A stretch of 64,000 nt of DNA from Anthoceros angustus. Lineage: Eukaryota > Plantae > Anthocerotophyta. The stretch is from NCBI GenBank assembly GCA_010909165.1, contig MU008167.1, forward strand, positions 124,001-188,000. The letters run 5' to 3'. A program made the translations under genes and the position numbers. The notes under the pieces were generated by a model. That model did not search any database. It had not been told where the DNA came from and saw nothing but the letters and a program-made list of their open reading frames with translations. Shown here one piece after another: positions 11,401 to 22,390 of this stretch (position 1 is the stretch's first letter; every line of letters begins with the position of its first letter).

Positions 11401-14377
11401 AGCTCTTTCAGTGCCACTTCGCATTGGAGTATCAAAGACACCACCATTTAGATCAGCACGGGAGTATAGATCACCACCATAAGCTGAGAACCCATTGTCT
11501 GGATAGCTTCTGAAGTCTGTTACTCCTGCTATTCGCCCATGCTGTACCCTTCGTTGACTCTTCCTAGATCGAAAGAACTGTTCCAACGATCTAACTTTTC
11601 CCTCAAGGACTCGCAAGGCATCGATTGGGAGCCTGCAAGTTAAGACACCGGCCCCATCACCACCTTCTGCTGCTGACGCCCCCCCCTTCACAACCATAAC
11701 AGGGAGTTCCCAAATGGAGGATAGTAACCTTGCAGCACAAAGACACAGCCCCTCATGTGCTCCTGAGAAGACAGGCTCAGCTTCTTGTACCACTTGTCCC
11801 ATGTTAAAACCCCCAGTAGTTGAGTTCACAGTACCCGCCCCCGCTCCTCGCACCTGAGGTGATCCAACAAGCCTAGGATCGTCAAAGGCTTCAGCAGCCT
11901 TTTCCGCAACAGCAGGTGGAACCAGACTTTCCTCATCCACAGACAACCGAGCAGCCAGAAGTAAGCACATCGCAGCTCCTTCTCCTTCCCCAAAACGCTG
12001 AAAGAACTCCTCCAATGCTGGTCTGAAGGTGTTTGACTCAAAAAGCCTTTGCAACAAGTCCACCGGCCTATTCAACACAACCTCCATCTGACCCATTGTA
12101 CTGATAATAACTGCTCTTCTTCTGGGAAGAACGTGTTGTGTTGCCAGCTCACCCCTTGCCCATAACCTCTTGACACGAGTAAAATCATCCGACTCATCAA
12201 GAGTAAGAGAAGGAACATGGCTTGTCTCCGAAATTGAAGCTTCAAGAGCAACAAGCCGTTCAGAAGGGGGCAGCACATCAGCAATGGCCAGAGTCCTACC
12301 CTCCACTCCCAAAACTGTGACAGTCTCCCTCAAGGCTCGAAGACTTCTGGCACCAGAACCTGCAAGCCCAAGGTTGCTTGACTGCACAGGATTTGTTAAG
12401 TCCTTCATTGACACCAGTAACCGCGACAAGGTCTGAGGCGAGGCGTCAGACAGCAACAGCACTCCACTGGATAAGTGTGCTGCTTCAACTTTGAGCACTC
12501 CACCTTCTGCTGGACTGCGGGGCCCCATTGGAAGGCTTCCAAAGGCCCCTCCAGCCACGCCAAATGGAGGAGCAGGGCGTGCAGTAACCACTCTGAGGAC
12601 AGTGGGGCGATCAAGGCCACCACCAGTTCCATTGGTCCCAGATTGGTTTGGTGTGGTTGACATGAATAGTCTACGTCCATCAGAGGTTATAGCAACTACA
12701 TGTAAATATTTAGACTCAACAGCCGTCAGAGGTGCAAGTGCTACTATGTTGGTTTTAGGTACACGAGCTCCAGATCTGCCTCCTACACCCCTGCTTCCAT
12801 TGTAACGAGGATCTCTTTGATCACCAATTCGACTCTCTTCGGCAACCTTTTTCAGGGCACTATCACCATGCTTCCCCATGTCGTACACTTGCAGTTTTGA
12901 CTCTTGAGTGCGGGCATACAAAATATGCCTTTCCCCGTCAACAACTATCTCCACCACAGAATCTACAGCTCCAAACTTCAGAGCGTTAGGTACCACCCAC
13001 CTGATTCATCATCAAACATAAGTTGGAAGCTGCAAGACTGAGCCGCAGAGGTCTTTGCTTTCACATAACAGAGCCAATGACCATGCATGATCAAATGAAA
13101 TTCCAGCAGGGAGACAAACGAGAAGAAACACCATTAGAATCTCACAACACCTTCACTAGACCAAGCAAACAGAAACGTCCTACACTGGGAAATCCTGGAC
13201 AAGGTAGAAGTATCTTCCAGCGTTTACCCAAAGAGGTTCAGATGCAAAACTCAGAATGCACGCTGAGGCTGGAAGGTCACATACCTAGAAAGAAAGCTGC
13301 TTACTCCACCAGTGTGGCATACTTTCCGGCATCGCTTTTGCCAGCCCATGCCAGTAGTGTAAACAAGTTCATAGATGTGGCCATCTCTCCCACCAAAAAA
13401 GATTCGTCCACTGTTAGTGGTCGTGACACATGTCATGGTGACTCCATCAGTTGGTATGGTGTAGTCAGGTAATGGCTGAATCGACAACTCTGAAAACGGA
13501 TCCGAGCCATCATTGCTTGCACTACAACAAACACCAAGGAGAACCAGCTGCAAGCATGAAGATCAGCTAAGAATTAGAATCTCCAATGTACCACCCTATA
13601 ACAGCCAGACTTGAACCGAAGGTTAGCACTCAAGCTTTTAACAGCCATTCCATAATTAAATCTACACAATAAACTACTTTTCCTACCTCAACAGGAGTGG
13701 CCAGGATAATGACGTGCTGTAACGCTTCCACGAAAACACCAGGCTTCGCTTTTCCAAAACCCACAGCACAAATGGCCTGCTCCTCGCCAGAATACTCTGG
13801 ACATTGCCCATCCCTGCCACACAAACAATCAGGTCACCCACCATCAACCAGACACTCGAATGAAACAAACACACAAGGCAAGTCCCTTAGCTCACCATCT
13901 ATCAAACCGCCACAAGAACAGCGTATTATCCACTGTCGCCCAGCACCTCCGTATCGAGGGAAATATTCCACAAAGAGCGGTGCCCTGGCCCCCTGCTGCA
14001 TTGTACCGTTCTATCAACACAGGTGGAAGCTCCCGCGCATTGACAATATCAACATAAGGCGGCCACTGCAAACATAACCGAGTCATCAGAAACGGAAAGT
14101 AGCTCCACCCTCACGCACCGTACATAAAAAAAAAAAACCCATTCCCATCAAATCTTCAATTTATCCACCCTCTTCCATCAAATGATTAAAAAAATCAACA
14201 GTCCAGACTACGGACCTCCTTTGGCGGGGAGGTATAAGGTTGACTAGAGAACCGAGCAGAGTCCAGCGACTCCAAGAGATCACACGACGCCAACCGCAAA
14301 TCCCGAGAGACTGTGTCACTTATAATGCGGCCGGCACCTTCTATGTCGCCAACAACCGGCTCATCGTCCCAACTCAT
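8464..14377 (-). CDS. NUP155: Nuclear pore complex protein Nup155 (multi-exon)
   Basis: N-terminal MSWDDE..., WPP...ELPPVLIERYNAAGG..., RCWATVDNTLFLWRFD, GRIFFGGRDGHIYEL, VFSGAHEGLCLC and ITQLYNDYAVPFELWE. The C-terminus is RYMTEVRRLPLP...GFKELEQMLLSSSFQ*. Confidence 0.95.
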
Positions 14378-14954
14378 CTTCCCCGCGTTAGGACACCTAA
14401 ACCATCAAAAGGTCCTAGATAACCTGCATTTTTCCCCTAGTCATCTCCCGCACCCCGCTGCTGCGCCAGACGAATTCCGGGACTCCCAGCTTCTGCATGA
14501 CAGCAAGCTAGCTCCCCACGGCTAGGCTGCTCCAAAAATCTCACTGCTTCCTGCACCCGCCATCGCCCCGCAGTCCTGAGCTCCGGCCTCTGGCGGCTGG
14601 CAAATTCCAGCTACCCTGTCCTGCCCGATGCAACCCAAACCCTCCTGCCACCCAAGCCGATTGAGGAGCTCAATCCTCTTCGAATTCCAGCACCTAGGAG
14701 GCGGCACCACGGCAGCGTTATTGCGTGCACCGTCCTGTTCCTGCTGCGTTACATAGCGCCTGCGCCTTCCATGTTCGCTCCGTGCTTTCCCGCGCGAAGC
14801 ACTGAGTTCGAACCCTAGGGCTGCCAGTGCAGACTGTACTGTAGATAAAATTCACATTTCGTATTTGAATATTCCAATAATATGGCAGCTCAGTTCGAAA
14901 GACGCTGGCACAAGCCATGTATGTACATTCATATAGTGCCTATCTCCCTTGGCA

Positions 14955-17411
14955 TCAAGAGCCTCTCTCTGCTGGTGACAAGTCGGTTTGTGGCACATAT
15001 CCTTCTTCCTTCATTTTGGAGAGGAGCTCCTTCAGCCTTGCATATATGCCTACACTTTCAGGATGCTCCTTGTCCCCAACCAAGAAGGTGTGAACCAGTC
15101 CGTCCATGTCTGTCCACGAGCTCTGGCCTGGCTCCTTCCATGCTCCGATGCCGATCCTGGTGGCCTGCATTTCCTCTGCCTGCTCCCACATCTGGGCACT
15201 GGTGTATATGTTTGACATCAACACATATGCTGCATCGTCTTTGTCGTCCAGGATCATGGCTTCGTCGTAGGCATGGCGGCCGACCTCGACGTTGCCCCAC
15301 TTTCGACAAGCAGCCAGTAGAGTGTGCCAGACTCCAGCATTAGGCAGTACAGGCATTGTCCTTATGAGAGCTAGTGACTCCTGGAGTCGGCCTGCACGAC
15401 CCAGGAGGTCCACCATGCATGTGTAGTGCTCCACTGCGGGAGTGATGCCGTAGTGGCTCATTGCGTCGAAGTGTTCTTGTCCCTTGTGCACTAGACCTGT
15501 GTGACTGCATACTGTTAGTACACTCAGGAAAGTGATGCTGGCTGGCTGTACACCATCCACTCTCATTCTGCAAAGCAAGTCGAAGACCTGTTTACTGTCG
15601 CCCTGCCGGGTGTATCCTGCAATCAGTGCAGTCCAGGTGACGACATCTCGTTTGGGCAAAGCGTCGAACACCTCTTGTGCCTCCACCATGCTCCCTGACT
15701 TTGCATACATGTTTACCAAACTGTTGCCTATGGTGGCGTCAGCCTGAAGCCCTTGGTCTTGGATCTGGACATGAAGCTGCCTTCCCACATGCAAAGCTGC
15801 GACAGTTGCACATGCCTGCAGGAGGCACACAAACGTGACGGTGTCAGGTGCAGCCAGGCCTTCTTCTTGCATAGCCCGATACAGTCCAAGGGCCTCCTCA
15901 GCCATACCCTGCTGGGAATAGCCAGATATCATGGCATTCCATGTCACGACATTTTTCTTACCAAGTCCATCGAAGACGCCCCGAGCGTCCGCGAGGCTGC
16001 CACACTTGGAATACATGTTTACCAAACTGTTAGCCACAAACACATCAGCTTCAAGTCCTTGATCTCGAATTTGTGCATGAAGCTCCCTCCCCTTCTCCAA
16101 AGCAAGGGTGATTGTACATGCTTGCAGGAGACACACAAACGTCACGGAGTCCAGTTCAAGAATGCCTTCTTCTTGCACAGCCTTGTAAAGATCCAGCGCT
16201 TCCTGCCCCATTCCCTGTTGGGAATATCCTGCGATAATGGCATTCCATGTCACAACATCTTTTTGACCAAGTCCCTCGAACACTCGTAGAGCATCTTCCA
16301 AGCTGCCACACTTAGCATACATGTTGACCAAACTGTTGGCCACAAACACATCATCTTCAAGTCCTAATCGTATGACTTTCCCATGAAGCTGCTTCCCCTT
16401 CTCCAAAGCTGAGGTGCCCACACTTGCACATGCCTGCAGGAGGCACACAAACGTCACAGAATCTGGTGCACTCATGCCTTCTTCTTGCATAATACTGTAA
16501 AGACGAAGGGCTTCCTGACCCATGCCCTGCTGAGAATATCCTGAAATCATCGCATTCCATGTCGCCACATCTTTTCTAGCAAGTCCATCAAACACACTCC
16601 GAGCATCGTCCAAGCTGCCACACTTTGCGTACATGTCCACCATGCAACAAGAAACAAACAAGTTAGGCTCAACGCCACTAGCCAACACATCAGAATGCAC
16701 CTGCTGCCCAGTTTTCAGGTCCGATGCCCTTGCACAAGCCTGAAGGGCTGCCACAAACACATGCCCATCTGGCTTCACACTCGACCTGCACATCAGGTGA
16801 TACAGTTCTATGGCCTGCTCAGCCTGTCCATGCTTAACATGCGCAGCAATGATCGCAGACCACGTGAAAGCATCCGGTTTGGCAAGCACAGCAAACACAT
16901 CCATCGCGTCTTGCAACCTGCCATGAGAAGCATACATCCGCATGATGTGGTTGCACAGGAACGTGTCGGACTCGTACCCCTCCTTCACAGCCAGAGCATG
17001 CACACGACGACTCAGAGCCAGATTCTTCTCAACGCTACACTTCTTCAGGACACTGCAGAACAAAAACTGAGAAACACGACAGTCCGTCTGCTGCACCAGA
17101 ACTCCCAGACCCTCCACAGCCTCACTGAGCTGCCCATGCTGACATGCTTGGCTCACCGATCCAGCTGTTACATGACGACCAATTTGCATATCCAGAGCAT
17201 CAGAACTCGTGGTGGAGCACCTGCTATCCTTGCTATCTCTCATTCTCGGGCCGACAAACGCTGTTGTCACAAGATGCCCTGTCCCCGTATGTGTGTATGA
17301 AGCGCAACGCGCAGCATTCTCTGCCCTGATGGAGTCAAGCTTGATCCCAAAACCAGCTGGGCTGATTCTGGTTGCGCACATGACACAGTCCACATCCATT
17401 TGAGCATTCAT
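14955..17411 (-). CDS. PLS-class PPR protein (~17 motifs) with E1-E2/E+ and no DYW catalytic segment
   Basis: Intronless 818-aa ORF with repeated MYAKCGSL / VTWNAMI / TFVCLLQAC triplets, HYTCMVDLLGRAG and AWKEPGQSSWTD...HP...GYVP followed by a stop. The true start codon is uncertain. Confidence 0.93.
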   Translation of the reverse strand: MNAQMDVDCVMCATRISPAGFGIKLDSIRAENAARCASYTHTGTGHLVTTAFVGPRMRDSKDSRCSTTSSDALDMQIGRHVTAGSVSQACQHGQLSEAVEGLGVLVQQTDCRVSQFLFCSVLKKCSVEKNLALSRRVHALAVKEGYESDTFLCNHIMRMYASHGRLQDAMDVFAVLAKPDAFTWSAIIAAHVKHGQAEQAIELYHLMCRSSVKPDGHVFVAALQACARASDLKTGQQVHSDVLASGVEPNLFVSCCMVDMYAKCGSLDDARSVFDGLARKDVATWNAMISGYSQQGMGQEALRLYSIMQEEGMSAPDSVTFVCLLQACASVGTSALEKGKQLHGKVIRLGLEDDVFVANSLVNMYAKCGSLEDALRVFEGLGQKDVVTWNAIIAGYSQQGMGQEALDLYKAVQEEGILELDSVTFVCLLQACTITLALEKGRELHAQIRDQGLEADVFVANSLVNMYSKCGSLADARGVFDGLGKKNVVTWNAMISGYSQQGMAEEALGLYRAMQEEGLAAPDTVTFVCLLQACATVAALHVGRQLHVQIQDQGLQADATIGNSLVNMYAKSGSMVEAQEVFDALPKRDVVTWTALIAGYTRQGDSKQVFDLLCRMRVDGVQPASITFLSVLTVCSHTGLVHKGQEHFDAMSHYGITPAVEHYTCMVDLLGRAGRLQESLALIRTMPVLPNAGVWHTLLAACRKWGNVEVGRHAYDEAMILDDKDDAAYVLMSNIYTSAQMWEQAEEMQATRIGIGAWKEPGQSSWTDMDGLVHTFLVGDKEHPESVGIYARLKELLSKMKEEGYVPQTDLSPAERGS

Positions 17412-17712
17412 ACTCTCAAAACTTGAGACCAGAATTCCGTGGCTTGCCGAATTCGCTGTGGAGATTCAGGTTTGCACCTGTAGTGGCCATGCCAATATGT
17501 ACTCTGTGAAACATGAAGCATTCGCTGTCCCCATGATGTCAAGATGGATCCCAAAACCAGGCCAGCTGGTTCTGGCTGCGCACATGACATCGTCCACATC
17601 CGTTTGAGCTTTGACACTCTCAAAGTTTGAGACCAGTGTTACGTAGCTTGCCGAATCCGGTCTCGAGATTCAGGTTTGGACCTGTAGTGGCGATGCCAAT
17701 TTGGACTCTCTG
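17300..17712. repeat. ~205-bp direct tandem duplication between the head-to-head PPR genes
   Basis: gatcccaaaaccag...gcgcacatgaca...gtccacatcc.tttgagc...actctcaaa..ttgagaccag...gagattcaggtttg.acctgtagtggc.atgccaat is present at ~17343-17496 and ~17547-17700. Confidence 0.85.
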
Positions 17713-20209
17713 CTTTTCTCAACTCTCCCAACTGGCATTCTGGAGCTGTCCAGGGTTGAGTTCTTCCGTTCACGTTCCTCGTGTGTCTGCCAATCATGGG
17801 TTTGTGCGGCGTTCCACACCAATAGCTTTTCTAGACCAGACAAAGGAAGAATGGAGCGGATTTGAATCAAGCCGAGGCCGGGCAAGAGAATGTCTGACTG
17901 GGCGACAGGAGCTCTTGTGGAAACAGCGTTTTGTGGGCGACATACTTCAGTGGGATGCAAGATGGCGTTTTGTGCGATGCAGGCCTGCAGGATACCAACT
18001 GGACATAACGGCTGAATCCGTGAGCGAACTATGTGAGCAGGGCCGGCTGACAGAGGCTGTTGAGGCGCTGGGAGTTTTGGTGCGGCAGCAGCAGACAGAC
18101 TGTCGGGTTTCTCAACCTGTTTTTTATACTGTCCTGAAGAAATGTGGGATTGAGAGGGATCTGGTTCTGGGCCGGCGTGCTCATGCCCTTTCTGTCAAAG
18201 TTGGGTATGGTTCGGACACGTTCTTGTGCAATCACATCATGCGGATGTATGATTCTCATGCCAGGTTGCAAGAAGCGATGGATGTTTTCACTTCGGTTGC
18301 CAAACCAGATGTCTTCATGTGGTCTTCCATATTATCTGCACATGTTGGCCATGGAGACGCTAAGCAGGCCATAGAACTGTATCATAGGATGCGGAGGTCA
18401 AGTGTGAAGCCAGATGGGCATGTGTTTGTGGCAGGTCTTCAGGCTTGTGCAAGGGAAGCCGACTTGAAAACTGGTCAGCAGATCCATGCTGATTTGCTGG
18501 CCAGTGGACTTAAGCCTCATTTGATTGTCTGTAACTGTTTGGTGGACATGTATGCAAAGTGTGGCAACTTGGAAGAGGCTCAACGATTGTTTGACGGGCT
18601 TGGTGAGAAAGATGTGGTGACCTGGACAGCTCTCATCTCAGGATATTCCCTGCAGGGCATGGGTGAGCAAGCTCTTCATCTGTACAGTGTCATGCGAGAA
18701 GAAGGCACTGTTATACCCGATTCCATGACTTTTGTGTCTCTCTTGCAGGCATGTGCAAGTCTGGGTGCCCCGGCTTTGGAGACGGGGAAGCAGCTTCATG
18801 GACAGATTGGAGAACGAGGACTTCAGGCTGATGTGGTTCTAGGCGGTGGCCTTGTAAACATGTATGCAAAGTGTGGCAGCTTAGAAGACGCTCAGAGAGT
18901 GTTTGATGGACTTGGTCAAAAAAATGTGGTGACTTGGACTGCTCTGATAGCAGGACTTGTAAGGTGTGGCAACTTGGAAGATGCGCAGAGTATGTTTGAT
19001 GGGCTTCCTGACAAAGATGTGGTGATGTGGAATGCCATGATTGCAGGATATTCGCAGCAGGGCATGGGCGAGGAAGCCCTCCACCTGCACAAGGCTATGC
19101 AAGACGAATACAATGTTGCACCCAATTCTGCGACATTTGTCTGCATCCTGCAGGCATGTGCAAATATCGGCACCCCGGCTTTGGAGAAGGGAAAGGAGCT
19201 TCATGCAGAAATCACAGAGCGAGGGCTTCAAGTTGATGGGTTTGTCGCCAGCAGTTTGGTTAACATGTATGCGAAATGTGGCAGCCTAGGCGATGCCCAG
19301 GTTGTGTTTGACAGCCTTGGCCAAAAGAATGTGGTGACATGGAGTGCTATGATAGCAGGATATTCCCAGCAGGGCATGGGGCAGGAAGCCCTTGGTCTTT
19401 ACAAGGCTATGCAAGAAGAAGGCATCATTGCACCGGATGCTGTGACATTTGTGTGCCTCCTGCAGGCATGTGCAGATGTGGCAGCTTTGCCGCTGGGAAG
19501 GCAGCTTCATGCAGAGATTGCAGAGCAAGGGCTGGAAGGTGATGTGATGTTAGCCGCCAGTTTGATAAACATGTATGCAAAGTCAGGGAGCATGGTTGAA
19601 GCACAGCAGGTGTTTGAGGCGTTGCCCGAAAGAGACAAGGCAGCCTGGAATGCACTGATTGCAGGCTATACCTGTCAAGGAGACAGTGAAGTGGTCATTG
19701 CCCTGTTTCACAGAATGAAAGAGGAAGGTGTTGAGCCTGACGGCATCACATTCCTTTGTCTGTTAACTGGATGCAGTCATGCAGGCCTAGTAGACAAGGG
19801 ACTTGGGCTGTTTGAGGCTATGAGCGGACACCATGCCATCTCTCCCACAACTGAGCACTACACATGCATGGTGGACCTCCTGGGTCGTGCAGGCCGACTG
19901 GAGGAGTCACTAGCTTTGGTCAGGACAATGCCTGTACTGCCTACTGCAGCAGTTTGGCACACTCTATTGGGTGCTTGTCGCAAGTGGAGCAACGTCGAGG
20001 TGGGACATCGTGCTTTTGAAGAAGCTGTGAAGCATGACCAACAAGATGCTGCAGCATATGTGTTGATGGCGAACATATACTCGGATGCCCAGATGTGGCA
20101 GCAGGCACACGAGATGCAAATGAGCAGAAAAGAAATCGGGGCATGGAAGGAGCCAGGCCAGAGTTGGTGGACAGACATGGAAGGTCTGGTACACAGTTTT
20201 CTGGTTTAA
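17693..20209 (+). CDS. PLS-class PPR protein (~18 motifs, including one SS-type) with an E domain, truncated just after the PG(WW) box
   Basis: Intronless ORF 17627-20209 (first ATG at 17693) with the same triplet repeats. It ends AWKEPGQSWWTDMEGLVHSFLV*. Confidence 0.92.
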   Translation: MPIWTLCFSQLSQLAFWSCPGLSSSVHVPRVSANHGFVRRSTPIAFLDQTKEEWSGFESSRGRARECLTGRQELLWKQRFVGDILQWDARWRFVRCRPAGYQLDITAESVSELCEQGRLTEAVEALGVLVRQQQTDCRVSQPVFYTVLKKCGIERDLVLGRRAHALSVKVGYGSDTFLCNHIMRMYDSHARLQEAMDVFTSVAKPDVFMWSSILSAHVGHGDAKQAIELYHRMRRSSVKPDGHVFVAGLQACAREADLKTGQQIHADLLASGLKPHLIVCNCLVDMYAKCGNLEEAQRLFDGLGEKDVVTWTALISGYSLQGMGEQALHLYSVMREEGTVIPDSMTFVSLLQACASLGAPALETGKQLHGQIGERGLQADVVLGGGLVNMYAKCGSLEDAQRVFDGLGQKNVVTWTALIAGLVRCGNLEDAQSMFDGLPDKDVVMWNAMIAGYSQQGMGEEALHLHKAMQDEYNVAPNSATFVCILQACANIGTPALEKGKELHAEITERGLQVDGFVASSLVNMYAKCGSLGDAQVVFDSLGQKNVVTWSAMIAGYSQQGMGQEALGLYKAMQEEGIIAPDAVTFVCLLQACADVAALPLGRQLHAEIAEQGLEGDVMLAASLINMYAKSGSMVEAQQVFEALPERDKAAWNALIAGYTCQGDSEVVIALFHRMKEEGVEPDGITFLCLLTGCSHAGLVDKGLGLFEAMSGHHAISPTTEHYTCMVDLLGRAGRLEESLALVRTMPVLPTAAVWHTLLGACRKWSNVEVGHRAFEEAVKHDQQDAAAYVLMANIYSDAQMWQQAHEMQMSRKEIGAWKEPGQSWWTDMEGLVHSFLV

Positions 20210-20379
20210 CCCCAGAATGACCGGGGTCCTGCTGCCCTATTTTTCCAATAATTCACGAGCTTCATTCTTTCATTTTTCAGTTGCAGTCCTCAACCTCCCT
20301 CAAAACAGAGAGGGTTCTCCTGCGAATGTGATATCCATGTGAATCGGCCATCATATGGATGTGATAGCATGTGAATTGC

Positions 20380-20411
20380 ACCTAGGCATATTCATGTGAA
20401 TATGCCTAGGT
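20380..20411. repeat. Perfect 15-bp inverted repeat (hairpin)
   Basis: acctaggcatattca-tg-tgaatatgcctaggt. Confidence 0.9.
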
Positions 20412-20504
20412 ACCAAGTCCATAGAAAGTCCAATTGCCCTTGCAAGGCTAATTGTACACGCACATACATAGTTGTGGCTATTAAGGTTTTTAGTCTTTAC
20501 TTAT

Positions 20505-22046
20505 CAAAAAGAAAGAAGAAAAGATGTTATTAATAGGCGAGATGGGGAATCCCATCTACGCATAGGAGGAACAACCCAAAAAGGGAGGAACAACCCAAAA
20601 AGGGTTAATAGTAAAAGGGGAGGTCCTAGTCCCGGAACAACCCAAAAAGGGAGGAACAACCCAAAAAGGGTTAATAGTAAAAGGGGAGGTCCTAGTCCCC
20701 TCGAATGCCTTTCCCGCAACTACCTATTGTACCAATGATATCGTGATCAGGGATGATGAAGGGCCTACCTACCACCGGTGTCGAAGAAGCCGCTAGTCCT
20801 GCGCACGTAGTCGTCCTATAAACAGCGTTAGCCAGCGCTTTCTGCAGAGCTATGGAAACCCGCTGGCGAAAGAAAGCCACCACGGAGGAAAGGGGGAGGC
20901 CCCTCCAATTCCTGTGGCTGTATTAGGCTTTTGCACACTCCTTAATTAACCTAGAGAAGTCCTTGCCCATAGCCCCATAAGTCTCGAGGGCGAGGGGGAT
21001 GAAAACATGGCCGTCTTGCATAGGAGAGTACTTGTGAGTCTTGCTGGTTGCGCATCCTTCCGCTGCCCAGCCCGGGGGGTTGATGATGACATGCTCGCTT
21101 ATAGAGTCTCTCGTGGGATCCGTGACAACCACATCAGCGATATAAATTTGCTCCCCCCTAGTATAAAAAGGTCCATACGGCGACACGCCATTACGCAATG
21201 TATATGGGCGCTCGGTATGGAAAAATCCGCCTCCATGGTCTTGGCGTGGCGTGTGACGGCATCATGTGTATGTCGTTGCCCCTCCCCGGGACAACGGGCC
21301 AAATGGGATCCGAATCGTCGATGGCTCACTGGCGCGTGGAAAGAGAAGAGGCGGAGGATGAGCCAACCGAGGCGGACCCTCATCGCGGTCGAAAAGGATG
21401 CTGGTGCGATTCGGAATGGCTTCCCTAGCCTCTGAGGAAAGGGAGTCCCTAGCCCGCCTGAGAGAGACCTGCAAGGGGAAGGGCCCCTCCTCAACACTTG
21501 AGACGAAGGCTTCCAGAAGGGGGGAGTCCTGCATTAAGAATCGAGAGGCCAAAATTGGGGCAGAGAGGGCCCAACTCCCGAGGAAAGCTGCCGGAGCTGA
21601 GGCCTCCGTGGCCAGCAAGCCAGTGCCTCCAAAGGCCACTGGCAACGATGTCTGTTTCGGCGCCAAGTCACCGTCGGCGCATTCGAAGGTGCCGGACTTA
21701 TAATGTCCCCAAGCGCCTGCATAACCCGCCTATCAAAATGCCTCAAGCTTGATAAAAAGGCCGGGGATGGAGCAACCATCCTGGTAAGATAACCTGGTGG
21801 ACGCGCGAAGCAGGAAGACAAAATACCAAATGCAACCTGAGGGTCCCCAATTCGTGAAAGGTCCCCAATTTGTGAAATGTCCCCAATGTGAGCTACGTAT
21901 TCTTCCAGAGCCATGTCCACAAACCCTTGAATAAAGTTAGGGGACCCAGCGGAACTTCGAGGATCCGAAGCCCTTGCGGAGAAATAATATCCCCCCTTGG
22001 AAAGTGAAGAGGGGGTGTATTGCCTGAAGAGGACCACACCTTGCAC
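20505..22046 (-). mobile_element. 5'-truncated CRE-like (RLE-clade) non-LTR retrotransposon, degenerate, including its 3' UTR
   Basis: GDPQVAFGILSSC, SLPVAFGGTGL, GSHLARC..GQR..THDA (zinc knuckle and RHD region), ADVVVTDP, KTHKY, FIPLALETYGAMG and FRQRVSIALQKA. It carries frameshifts. A ~63-bp tandem duplication lies in the 3' UTR (~20569-20695). Confidence 0.85.
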
Positions 22047-22063
22047 TTATCGATCTTTACTTA

Positions 22064-22170
22064 TCTAGGTTCTAAATAGGGGGTATTCGAAGGGATATTG
22101 TTCGGTGCAAGTAGCTTAGATATCCTAAGGATGAAGTGAGTTGCTTAACTGTCCAATCCATGGGGGTACA
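22064..22170 (+). mobile_element. Degenerate copy of the putative Helitron 5' terminus
   Basis: a|TCtagg...aaggga...ggtgcaagtagcttag matches 184-240. Confidence 0.35.
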
Positions 22171-22390
22171 ATTTATTCATCCATCTTTCATGGTATTATT
22201 ATTATAAAATTAATTAATTTGATAAAAATATGATATAGATTAGGTACACAAATTTCAATCAAAGACTTGAGATTTCTAACATTGAAAGGGTCTTTCAATA
22301 TTTTGATGTCCTACGGTTTCATATATTAGGCAACGAAGTTAGACCTACTAAGATATGATATTACGAGAGGCTAGATCAAACTTCCACTCT

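Noticed and set aside
14810-14820. Telo-box-like aaccctag upstream of Nup155
   Set aside because: It is an imperfect single match and expected by chance.
14700-14954. Possible DYW-domain continuation after the minus PPR stop (also checked after 20209 and 55334)
   Set aside because: No HSE, CxDCH or DYW-like motif was seen in the downstream frames.
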